A stretch of DNA of 64,000 nt from an uncultured Bifidobacteriaceae bacterium (GTDB lineage: Bacteria > Actinomycetota > Thermoleophilia > Miltoncostaeales > Miltoncostaeaceae): the NCBI GenBank assembly GCA_964393105.1, contig CAYMSM010000036.1, positions 29,589 through 93,588 of the forward strand, read 5' to 3'. The notes under the pieces were generated by a model. It did no database searches. It was not told the DNA's origin and saw only the letters and a list, made by a program, of their open reading frames with translations. A program made the position numbers and the translations under genes. This document shows, piece by piece, positions 17,455 through 29,443 of the stretch (position 1 is the first letter of the stretch; every line of letters begins with the position of its first letter).

Positions 17455-17542
17455 AGCGTCGACCGGACACCCCCGGCGGTGTTCCGAGATACGCGAATCA
17501 GGAGTACCATCGGTGGACTAAAACAACGCGAGGGAGGGTCTC

Positions 17543-18115
17543 ATGGATCTTCATGTCAAGGGAAAGAACATCCCGGTGACCGACGCGTTGTTCGAGCATG
17601 CGGAGCGCAAGCTGGCGAAGCTCACGAGGTTCCTGCCGCCCTGGGACGAGCCCCCGGTCGTCGAGCTGGAGCTCTCCGTCGAGCGCAATCCCAGCATCGA
17701 GCGCAATCAGGTCGCCGAGGTCACGGTGCGGACCAAGGGCCCGGTCCTGCGGGTGCGCGAGAGCGACCGCGACATGTACCTGGCGATCGACCACGCGGTC
17801 AACAAGATGCAGCGGCAGGCGACGCGGTACCGTGACCGGCGTCGCCGGCATCGCCTTCCGCATGGACAGCACCCACCGCTGCCGGTGGAGGAGGGGATGC
17901 CCGACGCGATCGGGCCACCGGACGACGAGCCTGAGCCCCAGCTCGTCAAGATCAAGCGCTTCGAGATGAAGCCGCTGACGGTCGAGGACGCGGTGATGCA
18001 GTTCGAGCTCGTTAACCACGATTTCTACGTCTTTCGCAACGCCGACGAGGGTGGCGCCGTCAACGTCATCTACCGGCGGCGCGACGGCGATCTGGGGTTG
18101 ATCAACACCGGCTAG
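17543..18115 (+). CDS. hpf: ribosome hibernation promoting factor, long form
   Basis: MDLHVKGKNIPVTDALFEHAERKL N-domain and KRFEMKPLTVEDAVMQFELVNHDFYVF C-domain. A GGGAGGG Shine-Dalgarno sequence precedes the ATG. Confidence 0.9.
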   Translation: MDLHVKGKNIPVTDALFEHAERKLAKLTRFLPPWDEPPVVELELSVERNPSIERNQVAEVTVRTKGPVLRVRESDRDMYLAIDHAVNKMQRQATRYRDRRRRHRLPHGQHPPLPVEEGMPDAIGPPDDEPEPQLVKIKRFEMKPLTVEDAVMQFELVNHDFYVFRNADEGGAVNVIYRRRDGDLGLINTG

Positions 18116-18360
18116 CGCCTCGCGTCCGGCGAGGACACGGCTCCCAACGCGATGGTCTGGCACGTCGTTCGCAATCCGACGATGAGTCGTAGCCGCCAGA
18201 CTGCAACGAGATTTCCGACGCGGAACACTCGGCGCAACCGACGAGGCGGCCGGCCGGCCCCGATCTCTGGTCGACCGCCGCTCCGTCCGCAGCGAATCGT
18301 GCTGCGGAGCGGTGTTGCTACCATTCCTCGGCTGCCGAACCAGAGAAAGCACCGCACACC

Positions 18361-20979
<2,619 letters not shown>

Positions 20980-22132
20980 ATGGGAGCCGACACGCAGCAG
21001 ATCCTCGACGACCTCGTTCAGCGTCTGACGCACCTTCGGGAGCGGGCAGGGTTGCTGGGCGACTATCTTTGACCCGGCTGGAATCGATGCCCGTATCGCC
21101 GAACTCGAGCAGGCGATGCAAGCTCCGGGGTTCTGGGGTGACCAGAAGGTCGCGGCACGCACATCATCCGAGCATGCCTCGCTGAGCCAGCGGGTCGCCG
21201 ACTACCGCGACCTGACGAGCGAGTTGGTGGATGCCGGTGATCTCCTGGAGATGGCCCGCGACGAGGCCCAGGACGGCGACGTCGATACCGGGTTCGTGGC
21301 GGAGCTCGAGCAGACGCTGACCCGCGCCGACGTCCACCTGGCGGCGGTCGAAGAGGAGCGCCTGTTCGGCGGCGAGCACGACGGTCGCGGTGCGGTCGTC
21401 ACGATCAACGCAGGCGAGGGCGGCACCGACGCCCAGGACTGGGCCGAGATGCTCCTTCGCATGTACACCCGGTGGGCCGGACAGCGGCGGCTCAAGACCG
21501 ACGTCAAGGAGGCGCAGGAGGGCGGCGAGGCCGGTATCAAGAGCGTGACGTTCACGGTGGAGGGGCGAAACGCCTACGGGCTGCTGTCGGCCGAACGCGG
21601 CGTGCACCGGCTGGTGCGGTTGTCGCCGTTCGATTCGGCCCACCGCCGCCAGACGTCGTTCGCCGCGGTCGAGGTCGCCCCGCTCGTCGACGACACCGTG
21701 GACGTCGAGATCGACGAGAAGGACCTGCGCATCGACACCTATCGCGCCAGCGGCGCAGGCGGGCAGCACGTCAACAAGACCGAGTCGGCCGTCCGCATCA
21801 CGCATGTGCCGTCCAAGATCGTCGTGCAGTGCCAGAACGAGCGTTCGCAGCTGCAAAACCGTGCAACCGCGATGTCGATGTTGCGCTCCCGCCTGGTGCT
21901 CCTCGAGTTGGAGCGTCGCGAGACCGAGGCGGCCAAGCTGCGCGGCGACTCGCAGACGATCGGGTTCGGCAGCCAGATCCGTTCCTATGTCGTCCACCCC
22001 TACACGATGGTCAAGGACCTTCGTACCGGCTACGAGGTCGGAAACGCGCAGTCGGTGCTCGACGGCGACCTGGACGGGTTCATCCGAGCCGAGCTCGAAC
22101 GTCGTGCCAAAGGGCTCGTCAGGGAATCGTAA
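20980..22132 (+). CDS. prfB: peptide chain release factor 2, made by programmed +1 frameshift (20980-21069 joined to 21071-22132)
   Basis: ATG lies immediately after the secA TAA. Frame 0 reads MGADTQQILDDLVQRLTHLRERAGLLGDYL then TGA within CTT TGA C. The +1 frame continues DPAGIDARIAELE...SGAGGQHVNKTESAVRITH. Confidence 0.9.
21061..21073 (+). promoter_or_regulatory. RF2 +1 frameshift site GAC TAT CTT TGA C
   Basis: Canonical CUU UGA C slippery/stop context at codon 31. Confidence 0.85.
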
Positions 22133-22284
22133 TCCGGTCGTGGCATCGCGGGGCAGGTGTCCGACAGGGGAGTACGAACAAGGTCTGAGGCGCCGGGCGA
22201 CCGGCCCCGTGTGTTTGACACAACCGAGAAATCGTGGATACCCTGACTGACTCATTGGATGCAATCCCGCAGAGAAATATCGCC

Positions 22285-23172
22285 ATGAGCAGTACAAATG
22301 GCGAACCGTCCCCCGATGAGGTGCCCGCGCCCGAGGCGGGCGCACCCTCAGACACGGGCGAGCCCGCCGCGGCCGATCCGGTGGCCGAGGACCTCTGGGC
22401 CGAACCCTCCGCCCCGGAGCTCCCCCCGCTCACGGCGGAGCGCGGGCGGCGACGGTCGGTGCTTCGACCCGGCACCGGTCCCATGGTGGTCTTCGACCAC
22501 GTCACCAAGACATATCCGGGGGGAGTGAACGCCCTCGACGACGTGTCGCTGTCGATCGATCCGGGCGAGTTCGTGTTCCTCGTCGGCGCCAGCGGCTCGG
22601 GTAAGTCCACGTTCATCCGCCTGCTCATCCGCGAGCTCGACATCGACGAGGGTCGCCTGATGATCGGCTCGCGCGACCTCGTCAAGCTCCACAAGCACAA
22701 GATCCCGCACCTGCGCCGTGAGATCGGCTGCGTGTTCCAGGACTACAAGCTGCTGCCACGGCGCACGGTGTACGAGAACGTCGCCTACGCCCTCGAGGTG
22801 ACCGGCGACTCGCCGCGCTCGATCAAGCGCAAGGTGCCCGAGATCCTCGCGCTCGTCGGTCTGGCGGAGAAGGCGAGCCGATTGCCGGCGGAGCTGTCCG
22901 GTGGTGAGCAGCAGCGGGTGTCGATCGCCCGCGCGTTCGTCAACCACCCGTCACTGCTGATCGCGGACGAGCCCACCGGCAACCTGGACCCGGAGACCTC
23001 GATCGGCATCATGCAGCTCTTGTACCGCATCAACCGGACCGGCACGACGGTGGTGATGGCAACCCACGACCGCGACCTCGTCGACAAGATGCAGATGCGG
23101 GTCATCGAGCTGTCAACGGGCAAGCTCGTGCGCGACCAGCGCCGCGGCGCCTACCAAGCCGGACAGGGCTAG
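22285..23172 (+). CDS. ftsE: cell division ATP-binding protein FtsE
   Basis: [23 protein letters not shown] and [12 protein letters not shown] motifs. The conserved core starts at ATG 22483. The upstream in-frame ATG 22285 adds 66 aa. Confidence 0.9.
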   Translation: MSSTNGEPSPDEVPAPEAGAPSDTGEPAAADPVAEDLWAEPSAPELPPLTAERGRRRSVLRPGTGPMVVFDHVTKTYPGGVNALDDVSLSIDPGEFVFLVGASGSGKSTFIRLLIRELDIDEGRLMIGSRDLVKLHKHKIPHLRREIGCVFQDYKLLPRRTVYENVAYALEVTGDSPRSIKRKVPEILALVGLAEKASRLPAELSGGEQQRVSIARAFVNHPSLLIADEPTGNLDPETSIGIMQLLYRINRTGTTVVMATHDRDLVDKMQMRVIELSTGKLVRDQRRGAYQAGQG

Positions 23173-23176
23173 AGCC

Positions 23177-24076
23177 GTGCGCCGATTCCGCTTCTTCTCG
23201 GCCGAGGCGATCCGGTCGATCCGGTCGAACGCCGCAATCTCGTTTGCTGCGACGGCGACCGTGCTGATCGCGATCGCCACGCTCGGCATCTTCCTGGCGG
23301 TGTTCTCGTGGAGCCAGTCGCAGATCGAGGGACAAAAAGACAAGCTCGACCTGCGCGCGTTCATCAAACTGGACGCGTCGGCTGCCGACATCGAAGCCGC
23401 GGTCACGGCCGTGCAGGGGCATCCCAACGTCGCGAGCATCGTGTACAAGAACCGCGATCAGGTGCTCGAGGAGGCCAGGAAGCAGTTCGGCGGCGACATC
23501 CTCGATCTGCTGCCCGAGAACCCGTTGCCGGCGACGATCACGATCAAGCCGGACGACCCCGAGAACCAGCAGAAGATCGTCGACGACCTCGCCTCCAAGG
23601 CGTACTGGCTCAAGGATGAGAACTCCCCCAAGGGTTTCAGCGTCAATCAGCAGACGACGCAGGACTTCCTGTCGGCCGCGAAGGTCCTGCGATGGGGCGC
23701 GTTCGGTCTGATGCTGATCCTCGTGATCGCCGCGATCCTGCTGATCGGCAACACGATCCGGCTGTCGATCTTCGCACGTCGGCGTGAGGTGGAGGTGATG
23801 CGCCTCGTCGGGGCGACGAACTGGTTCATCCGATGGCCGTTCGTGATCGAGGGTCTGATCTTCGGTCTGTTGGGTGCGATCGCAGCGGTGTTCCTGCTGA
23901 TCGTCGGCAAGCTGACGGTCGTCGACAAGCTGCTCAACTTGAACGACAGCCCGCTCCAGCAGCAGACCGACTCCACGATCGGTCTGCCGACCCTCTCCCT
24001 GATCCTGATCGTCGCCGGCGCCCTCCTCGGCGCTCTCGGCAGCGGCATCACGCTGCGCCGCTTCCTGCGCGTCTAA
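23177..24076 (+). CDS. ftsX: cell division permease FtsX
   Basis: Follows ftsE by 4 nt. FFSAEAIRSIRSNAAISFA N-terminus, large extracellular loop and a C-terminal 3-TM FtsX domain. Confidence 0.9.
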   Translation: MRRFRFFSAEAIRSIRSNAAISFAATATVLIAIATLGIFLAVFSWSQSQIEGQKDKLDLRAFIKLDASAADIEAAVTAVQGHPNVASIVYKNRDQVLEEARKQFGGDILDLLPENPLPATITIKPDDPENQQKIVDDLASKAYWLKDENSPKGFSVNQQTTQDFLSAAKVLRWGAFGLMLILVIAAILLIGNTIRLSIFARRREVEVMRLVGATNWFIRWPFVIEGLIFGLLGAIAAVFLLIVGKLTVVDKLLNLNDSPLQQQTDSTIGLPTLSLILIVAGALLGALGSGITLRRFLRV

Positions 24077-24339
24077 GTGTTCCCCTGCGGGGAACACTAG
24101 GGGCGGCCTTTCGGCCGCCTTTCATGGTTGCGCTCGTAGGGCGAGGACGTTGCCTGCGCGGGATCGGACCGTGAGGGCGACCACCAAGGGGCTCGCCAGG
24201 GTGGCCGTAGGCCGCCTTTCATGGTTGCGCTCGTACGGCGAGGACGTTGCCTGCGCGGGATCGGACCGTGAGGGCGACCACCGAGGGGCTCGCCAAGGTG
24301 GCCGTAGGCCGCCCAGAGTGTTCCCCGAAAGGGGAACAC
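24077..24339. repeat. composite repeat: hairpin, 2 x 97-bp tandem repeat, hairpin
   Basis: GTGTTCCCC-TGC-GGGGAACAC (24077-24097). Units 24113-24209 and 24210-24306 differ at 3 positions. GTGTTCCCC-GAAA-GGGGAACAC (24318-24339). Confidence 0.85.
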
Positions 24340-24366
24340 TGACCTATCATCGGCGGGTGTTCGCCG

Positions 24367-25593
24367 ATGAATGATTCGCGCCGGGGTCGAGGGTCGTCGC
24401 TTCGATGGGGGAGCGCCCTTCTGACGATTCTGCTCGTCGGCCTGGTGTTCGCAGTCGGCGTGTGGTTCGGTGGCCATCCCCGCCAGGTCGGCTTGGACCG
24501 GCTCCCGAGCGGGGTGCGCGACCGGCTCGTCGCCGAGGAACGGACGGCGCTCGCCACGCAGGTGCTGGCAATCCTCAAGGAGGACTACTACAAGCCGATC
24601 TCGCCCGATCTTGTCAAGCAGGTCGAGAACGCGTCGGTCATCTCGCTTGTCGAGAAGCTGGGCGATCCGTACACCGAGTACCTCAATCCGGATCACTACC
24701 GGCTGTTTCAGGCGAATCGCGAAGGCAAGTACGGCGGGGTGGGCGTCGAGTGGCAACCCCAGGGCGACAGCGCCCGTATCGTGCGGGTGTTCCCTGAGGG
24801 GCCCGCCGCGACAGCCGGAATCCGTATTGCCGATCGCGTCACGGCGGTCGACGGCAAGAAGGTCACGCGTGACGATGCGTTTGCGGCGATGCAGACCGTC
24901 AAGGGCGACGAGGGCTCCAAGGTCACGTTACGGATCGCTCGTGACGGGGTCGCGGATCGGGATTACGCGTTGACGCGGGAGGAGATCCGCAGGCCGGTCG
25001 TCGAGTCGCGCATCGAGACGTCGGGGGAATCCCGTATCGGCTACGTGCGCTTGGACCAGTTCACGGAGGGGTCGGCCAAGACGTTTCGCACCGCCGTTCG
25101 CAAGCTCGCTGAGCAGAAGGTCGACGGCCTCGTCTTCGACCTGCGGGGCGACGGTGGCGGGCTGGTCGAGGAGGCGGTCGGGGTCGCGAGCGTCTTCCTG
25201 CCCGACGACAGCCTTATCGCGACGACGCGTGGCCGCAGCGGACCCCGTGACAAGCTCACCGCGACGGGTGACCCCATCGACCCGAAGCTGCCGTTGGTCC
25301 TCCTCGTCGACCGCGACTCGGCGAGTGCCAGCGAGATCGTCGCGGGGGCGCTTCGCGACAGCGACCGGGCCCGCCTGGTCGGCACACGGACGTTCGGAAA
25401 GGCGCTGATCCAGTCGACGCGTACGCTGGCAAATGGCGGCGCCATCAAGTTCACGGTCGCCTCCTACCTGACACCTGATGGCTTCGACCTGGGAACGCGG
25501 GGGCTTCCGCCCGATGTCGAGGTGGTGGACAACCTCGCGACGCCGGCCGACGAGGCGTTAGCGCGCGCGCTCCGCGAGGTGGTGGCCCGCTGA
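24367..25593 (+). CDS. S41 family C-terminal processing peptidase with PDZ domain
   Basis: N-terminal TM, PDZ region (GPAATAGIRIADRVTAVDG), DLRGDGGG, DRDSASASEI and TFGKA motifs. Confidence 0.9.
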   Translation: MNDSRRGRGSSLRWGSALLTILLVGLVFAVGVWFGGHPRQVGLDRLPSGVRDRLVAEERTALATQVLAILKEDYYKPISPDLVKQVENASVISLVEKLGDPYTEYLNPDHYRLFQANREGKYGGVGVEWQPQGDSARIVRVFPEGPAATAGIRIADRVTAVDGKKVTRDDAFAAMQTVKGDEGSKVTLRIARDGVADRDYALTREEIRRPVVESRIETSGESRIGYVRLDQFTEGSAKTFRTAVRKLAEQKVDGLVFDLRGDGGGLVEEAVGVASVFLPDDSLIATTRGRSGPRDKLTATGDPIDPKLPLVLLVDRDSASASEIVAGALRDSDRARLVGTRTFGKALIQSTRTLANGGAIKFTVASYLTPDGFDLGTRGLPPDVEVVDNLATPADEALARALREVVAR

Positions 25594-25625
25594 GCCGCCA
25601 GCGCCGCGGCGTCGCGCGGCCCGGC

Positions 25626-27383
25626 GTGCTCGTCGTTGGCCGGCTCGTCGGTGCGGGACGCGGACTTGCGGTGGAACCAGCGTTCGAGGCGGGGCCACCG
25701 GTGCGGCTGGGCAAGCAGGGCAGGGACGGGCGGATCGGTGACCTCGTCACCGTCGCGACCGGGCGGGGCTCACCACGGGTCGTCGCCGTGCACGGTCCCG
25801 CGAACTCCCCGCGCGCGGCGATGGCGGCGCTGCTGGCGAGCGAAGGCCTTGGCCGGTCGTTTCCCAAGACCGTGCTGCGCGAGGCCGACGAGGTGGCCGA
25901 GCAGGCTGCGGTGGTCGACCCCGGTCGACGCGACCTGACCGATCAGCGCGTCATCACGATCGACCCCGAGGGCGCGAAGGACCACGACGACGCGATCGCG
26001 GTCGCAGCCGAGGGCGACGCGATCAGGCTGTGGGTGCACATCGCAGACGTGGCTCGGTATGTGCGACACGGTGGCGCCATCGACCGTGAGGCCGCCCGTC
26101 GCGGCAACTCCGTGTACGTGCCCGGCACCGTCGATCCGATGCTGCCCGAGCGGTTGTCGAGCGACATTTGCAGCCTGCGGCCCGGGGCCGACCGCAAGGT
26201 CGTGACCGTCGAGATGCTCGTCGACAACCTGGGCGAGGTTACCGAGACCCGGTTCTGCAGGGCGCTCATCCACTCCCGCAGGCGCCTGACCTACCCCCAG
26301 GTCGATCGTTTCTTCACGGGCACCGGGTTGGGCGATGCCGTGCTCGAAGCCGACTTGCACGTCGTGCGGACGCTGTCCGAACGCCTGCGCGCGCGCCGGA
26401 TGCGGCGCGGCGCGCTCGGCATCGAGACCTCCGAGCCGTCGTTTCGGTTCGAGGGTGATCGTCTGGTCGGGGTCGCGATGGAGGGCCAGACCCCGGCGCA
26501 CAGCCTCGTCGAGGAGTGCATGATCGCCGCCAACGAGGCGGTCGCACGGTACATGCTCGCTCGTAGCCGGCCCACGATCTTCCGACGTCACGAGGATCCG
26601 CAGGCGCGCAGCGTGGAGTTGCTCTACGAGCGCCTGGCCGAGCTCGGTGTAGCGGTTGGGGCTCTGGCAGAGGGCCCGCTGACCCCGATCCAGAGCGCCG
26701 AGGCCGCTGTGCGCGCCAGCGAGGCGATTGCGCGCCACGTCGCGAACAACGGGGGTGGCCGGGCTTTGCCGGTGCTCGTCTTGCAGGCGCTTCGCCAAGC
26801 CTATTACGCGTCAGAGCACGTCGGCCACTCGGGGCTCGCCAGCTCGGCGTACCTGCACTTCACTTCACCGATCCGGCGGTACCCGGATCTGGCGGCACAC
26901 CGTGCGCTCCTCGATGCCCTGGGACTCGACGATCCGGGGGCCGACGCGACCGAGCTCGCCATGGAGGCCGAACGCAGCTCGATGACCGAACGTGCCGCGA
27001 CCGCGTTGGAGCGGCGAGCCGATCGCATCTGTCTTGCGTTCCTGCTCCAGGAACGGCTGCGCCGGGATCCCGACGAGGCGTTCGCGGGTGAGGTCACCGG
27101 TATCGGCGAGGGCGGTGCGTTCGTCGCGTACGGGCCAGAGTTCGCGTTCGACGGCTACCTGCCTGCCAGGCGGATCGAGGGTGACTGGTGGCGGCCCGAT
27201 CCGCTGGGCGTGATGCTCATCGGTGACGAGAGCGGTCGGCGCATCGCGATCGGCGACTCAGTCACGGTACGCGTGGTCGAGATCAACCCGCTCCGAGGCC
27301 GCGTGGACCTGGAGCCGGCGGACACCTCGATGCCGGCGACCCGTCCCGCGCCGCGCAACCGCCGTGAGCGGCGTCGTCGCTAG
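25626..27383 (+). CDS. rnr: ribonuclease R/II family 3'-5' exoribonuclease (RNB plus S1 domains)
   Basis: ITIDPEGAKDHDDAI, WVHIADV and HFTSPIRRYPD RNB motifs. S1-like C-terminus and a basic tail. Confidence 0.85.
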   Translation: MLVVGRLVGAGRGLAVEPAFEAGPPVRLGKQGRDGRIGDLVTVATGRGSPRVVAVHGPANSPRAAMAALLASEGLGRSFPKTVLREADEVAEQAAVVDPGRRDLTDQRVITIDPEGAKDHDDAIAVAAEGDAIRLWVHIADVARYVRHGGAIDREAARRGNSVYVPGTVDPMLPERLSSDICSLRPGADRKVVTVEMLVDNLGEVTETRFCRALIHSRRRLTYPQVDRFFTGTGLGDAVLEADLHVVRTLSERLRARRMRRGALGIETSEPSFRFEGDRLVGVAMEGQTPAHSLVEECMIAANEAVARYMLARSRPTIFRRHEDPQARSVELLYERLAELGVAVGALAEGPLTPIQSAEAAVRASEAIARHVANNGGGRALPVLVLQALRQAYYASEHVGHSGLASSAYLHFTSPIRRYPDLAAHRALLDALGLDDPGADATELAMEAERSSMTERAATALERRADRICLAFLLQERLRRDPDEAFAGEVTGIGEGGAFVAYGPEFAFDGYLPARRIEGDWWRPDPLGVMLIGDESGRRIAIGDSVTVRVVEINPLRGRVDLEPADTSMPATRPAPRNRRERRRR

Positions 27384-27393
27384 CATTCTGGGC

Positions 27394-27867
27394 ATGGGCG
27401 GGAAGAAGACAGACGAGCGGTTCCGCGACGTCGCGCAGAACCGCAAGGCGTTCCACGAGTACGAGATCACGGATCGTCTCGAGGCCGGCATCGTATTGAT
27501 GGGCAGCGAGGTCAAGGGATTGCGCGAGCGCGGCGCGAGCATCCGGGACGCGTACGCGCAGTTTCGCGACGGCGAGGTGTTCCTGGTGGGGCTCCACATC
27601 CCGGAGTACTTCAACGCCCGCTCCGGGCACGAGCCGACACGTACGCGCAAGCTGTTGCTCAACCGTCGCGAAATCGATCGGCTCGACGGCGACATGCGCG
27701 AGAAGGGCCTGTCGCTGATCCCGTTGCGGGTCTACTTCAAGGGCAGTCACGCCAAGGTGGAGCTCGGCCTTGGCCGCGGCAAGAAGCTCTACGACAAGCG
27801 CCGTGCGATCGCCGAACGCGATGCGAAGCGCGACACCGATCGCGCGGTCAAGGCCTCGCGCCGCTGA
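27394..27867 (+). CDS. smpB: SsrA-binding protein SmpB
   Basis: [18 protein letters not shown] and [12 protein letters not shown] motifs. 157 aa. Confidence 0.95.
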   Translation: MGGKKTDERFRDVAQNRKAFHEYEITDRLEAGIVLMGSEVKGLRERGASIRDAYAQFRDGEVFLVGLHIPEYFNARSGHEPTRTRKLLLNRREIDRLDGDMREKGLSLIPLRVYFKGSHAKVELGLGRGKKLYDKRRAIAERDAKRDTDRAVKASRR

Positions 27868-27868
27868 C

Positions 27869-28261
27869 GTGGAGCGATTGCGAGTCCAGAGCGGGGCACC
27901 TTGGGAGCCGCTCGTCGGGTACTCGCGGGCGGTCCGGGTGGGCCAGCAGATCTGGGTGTCGGGCACGACCGCGACCGGACCCGACGGCTCCCTCGTGGGC
28001 GTCGACGACCCGTACGCTCAGGCAGTCCAAGCGCTGCGCAATATCCAGGCAGCCTTTGAGCAGGCGGGCGCAACCCTCGCCGACGTCGTCCGCACCCGCA
28101 TCTACCTGACCGACATCACCCAGTGGGAGGCGGTCGGTCGAGCCCACGGTGAGTTCTTCGAGGACGTGCGCCCGGCGACCTCGATGGTGGAGGTCCGCCG
28201 CCTGATCGACCCCGCGATGCTGGTGGAGATCGAGGCCGAGGCAGTGATCACCGACCCATGA
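27869..28261 (+). CDS. RidA/YjgF family protein
   Basis: GTG lies 1 nt after the smpB stop. VSGTTA...[10 protein letters not shown]...RPATSMVEV...VEIEAEA pattern. Confidence 0.85.
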   Translation: MERLRVQSGAPWEPLVGYSRAVRVGQQIWVSGTTATGPDGSLVGVDDPYAQAVQALRNIQAAFEQAGATLADVVRTRIYLTDITQWEAVGRAHGEFFEDVRPATSMVEVRRLIDPAMLVEIEAEAVITDP

Positions 28262-28265
28262 CCAG

Positions 28266-28295
28266 CTGTACGGAAGGTCCCAGACGCGACCCGAG
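28266..28295 (-). repeat. intergenic repeat family 2, copy 3
   Basis: The reverse complement ends GGGACCTTCCGTACAG, matching 5303-5319 and 52168-52184. Confidence 0.55.
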
Positions 28296-28306
28296 CTCGT
28301 GCGGCA

Positions 28307-28344
28307 ACGGCCAATTGACCTTGACGGGTCGGTCACTGGTCACA
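28307..28344 (-). repeat. intergenic repeat family 1, copy B
   Basis: ACGGCCAATTGACCTTGACGGGTCGGTCACTGGTCACA is about 30/39 identical to copy A. Confidence 0.6.
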
Positions 28345-28452
28345 TGATCTGACACGGGGTGGTGAATGGGGGCTGGGTCACACCGAAACGGGTGAGAGGC
28401 AACGGGGGGTCTACGTCGAACGTGCCTTCGGAACCGACGAAAGGACCGTTTG

Positions 28453-28884
28453 ATGTGGGACCGCATCGAAAAAGGTGATCGCATCTCGCTCGCGGGAGCC
28501 GCGGTGCTGTTGATCGCGCTTTTCCTGCCGTGGTACGGTCTCGAAGGAGACCTGATCGGCGATGGGCCGGCCGGCGACGTCTTCCGCCAGCTCGCCAGCA
28601 ATTTCTCGGCCAACGCGTTCGAGGCGTTCGATATCCTCGACATCGTCCTGCTCCTTCTGGCAATCGGCGCGGGCGCGCTGATCGTCTTGGTGGCGCTCGG
28701 CAAGCTCGACGCGTCGCTCCACCGCTTCGTCGAGACAATCGGCGGCGTCGCCACGATCGCCGTGTTGTTTCGGCTCTTCATCCAGCCCGACGGTGCATCG
28801 CTCAAGTGGGGGATCTTCGTCGCCCTGATCGGCGCCGGCGCGATCGCCGCCGGTCAGTACCTCACCCGGACGGGGAAGATCTGA
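28453..28884 (+). CDS. hypothetical membrane protein
   Basis: About 4 hydrophobic segments. No recognisable family. Confidence 0.6.
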   Translation: MWDRIEKGDRISLAGAAVLLIALFLPWYGLEGDLIGDGPAGDVFRQLASNFSANAFEAFDILDIVLLLLAIGAGALIVLVALGKLDASLHRFVETIGGVATIAVLFRLFIQPDGASLKWGIFVALIGAGAIAAGQYLTRTGKI

Positions 28885-29443
28885 CGACGATCACATGTTC
28901 CTCCAGCGCTCCGTGTGCACCGTAGGTCGTGATCTTCTCGACATCCGACGTGCGGCTCGGGCCCGAGACGAGGGAGATTGCAGACGGGGGTGTGGTGCCG
29001 GGGCCGTATGCCGTGCCGAGAGCATCCGCGAGCGTCATCGAGATCAGGTCGTCGCGCAATACGGCCAGGTGCCACCACCCGATGGCGTCGAGGGAGCGTC
29101 CGTGGGTCGGTGAGCTTCCCACCAGGAGCGTCCCGCGCTCGGCCACGGCACCGATCGGCACCGTCACCGCGCAGGTGGGTGGGGCGTCATCCAGACCCAG
29201 GAGCTCGCGCCAACCGCGGTCCGACGGCCACGTCACGACTTCGATTCCCGCCGCACGGATCGCATCAGGGAGTCCGAGCGTCGCCAGCCACGCGTCGTCG
29301 GGCAAGAGCGCGCGGCGGGCGGCCCACGCGGTCATCTGGGCGATGCATGCTTGGGCGCAGTCGTCGCTCCCGACGGATTGTCCGGTCGCCCTGCGCCGGG
29401 CGAGCGCCCCGATGAACGCGTCGATCACCGGGGGGGTGGCCAC
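28862..29443 (-). CDS. lutC: lactate utilization protein C (LUD domain)
   Basis: Last gene of the lutABC-type cluster. About 193 aa, YkgG/LutC-like. Confidence 0.75.
   Translation of the reverse strand: MATPPVIDAFIGALARRRATGQSVGSDDCAQACIAQMTAWAARRALLPDDAWLATLGLPDAIRAAGIEVVTWPSDRGWRELLGLDDAPPTCAVTVPIGAVAERGTLLVGSSPTHGRSLDAIGWWHLAVLRDDLISMTLADALGTAYGPGTTPPSAISLVSGPSRTSDVEKITTYGAHGALEEHVIVVRSSPSG

Noticed and set aside
24124-24271. Duplicated 16-codon mini-ORFs MVALVGRGRCLRGIGP and MVALVRRGRCLRGIGP inside the repeat units
   Set aside because: There is no Shine-Dalgarno sequence. They are an automatic consequence of the repeat. The unit length is not a multiple of 3, and there is no evidence of selection.
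24113-24306. CRISPR array or tandem riboswitch (glycine or c-di-AMP type) as an explanation for the 97-bp repeats
   Set aside because: There are only two contiguous units with no spacers and no cas genes. The units are almost identical at the DNA level, unlike tandem aptamers. I could not place the conserved glycine or ydaO core motifs in the correct order. The downstream gene (S41 peptidase) does not fit either.
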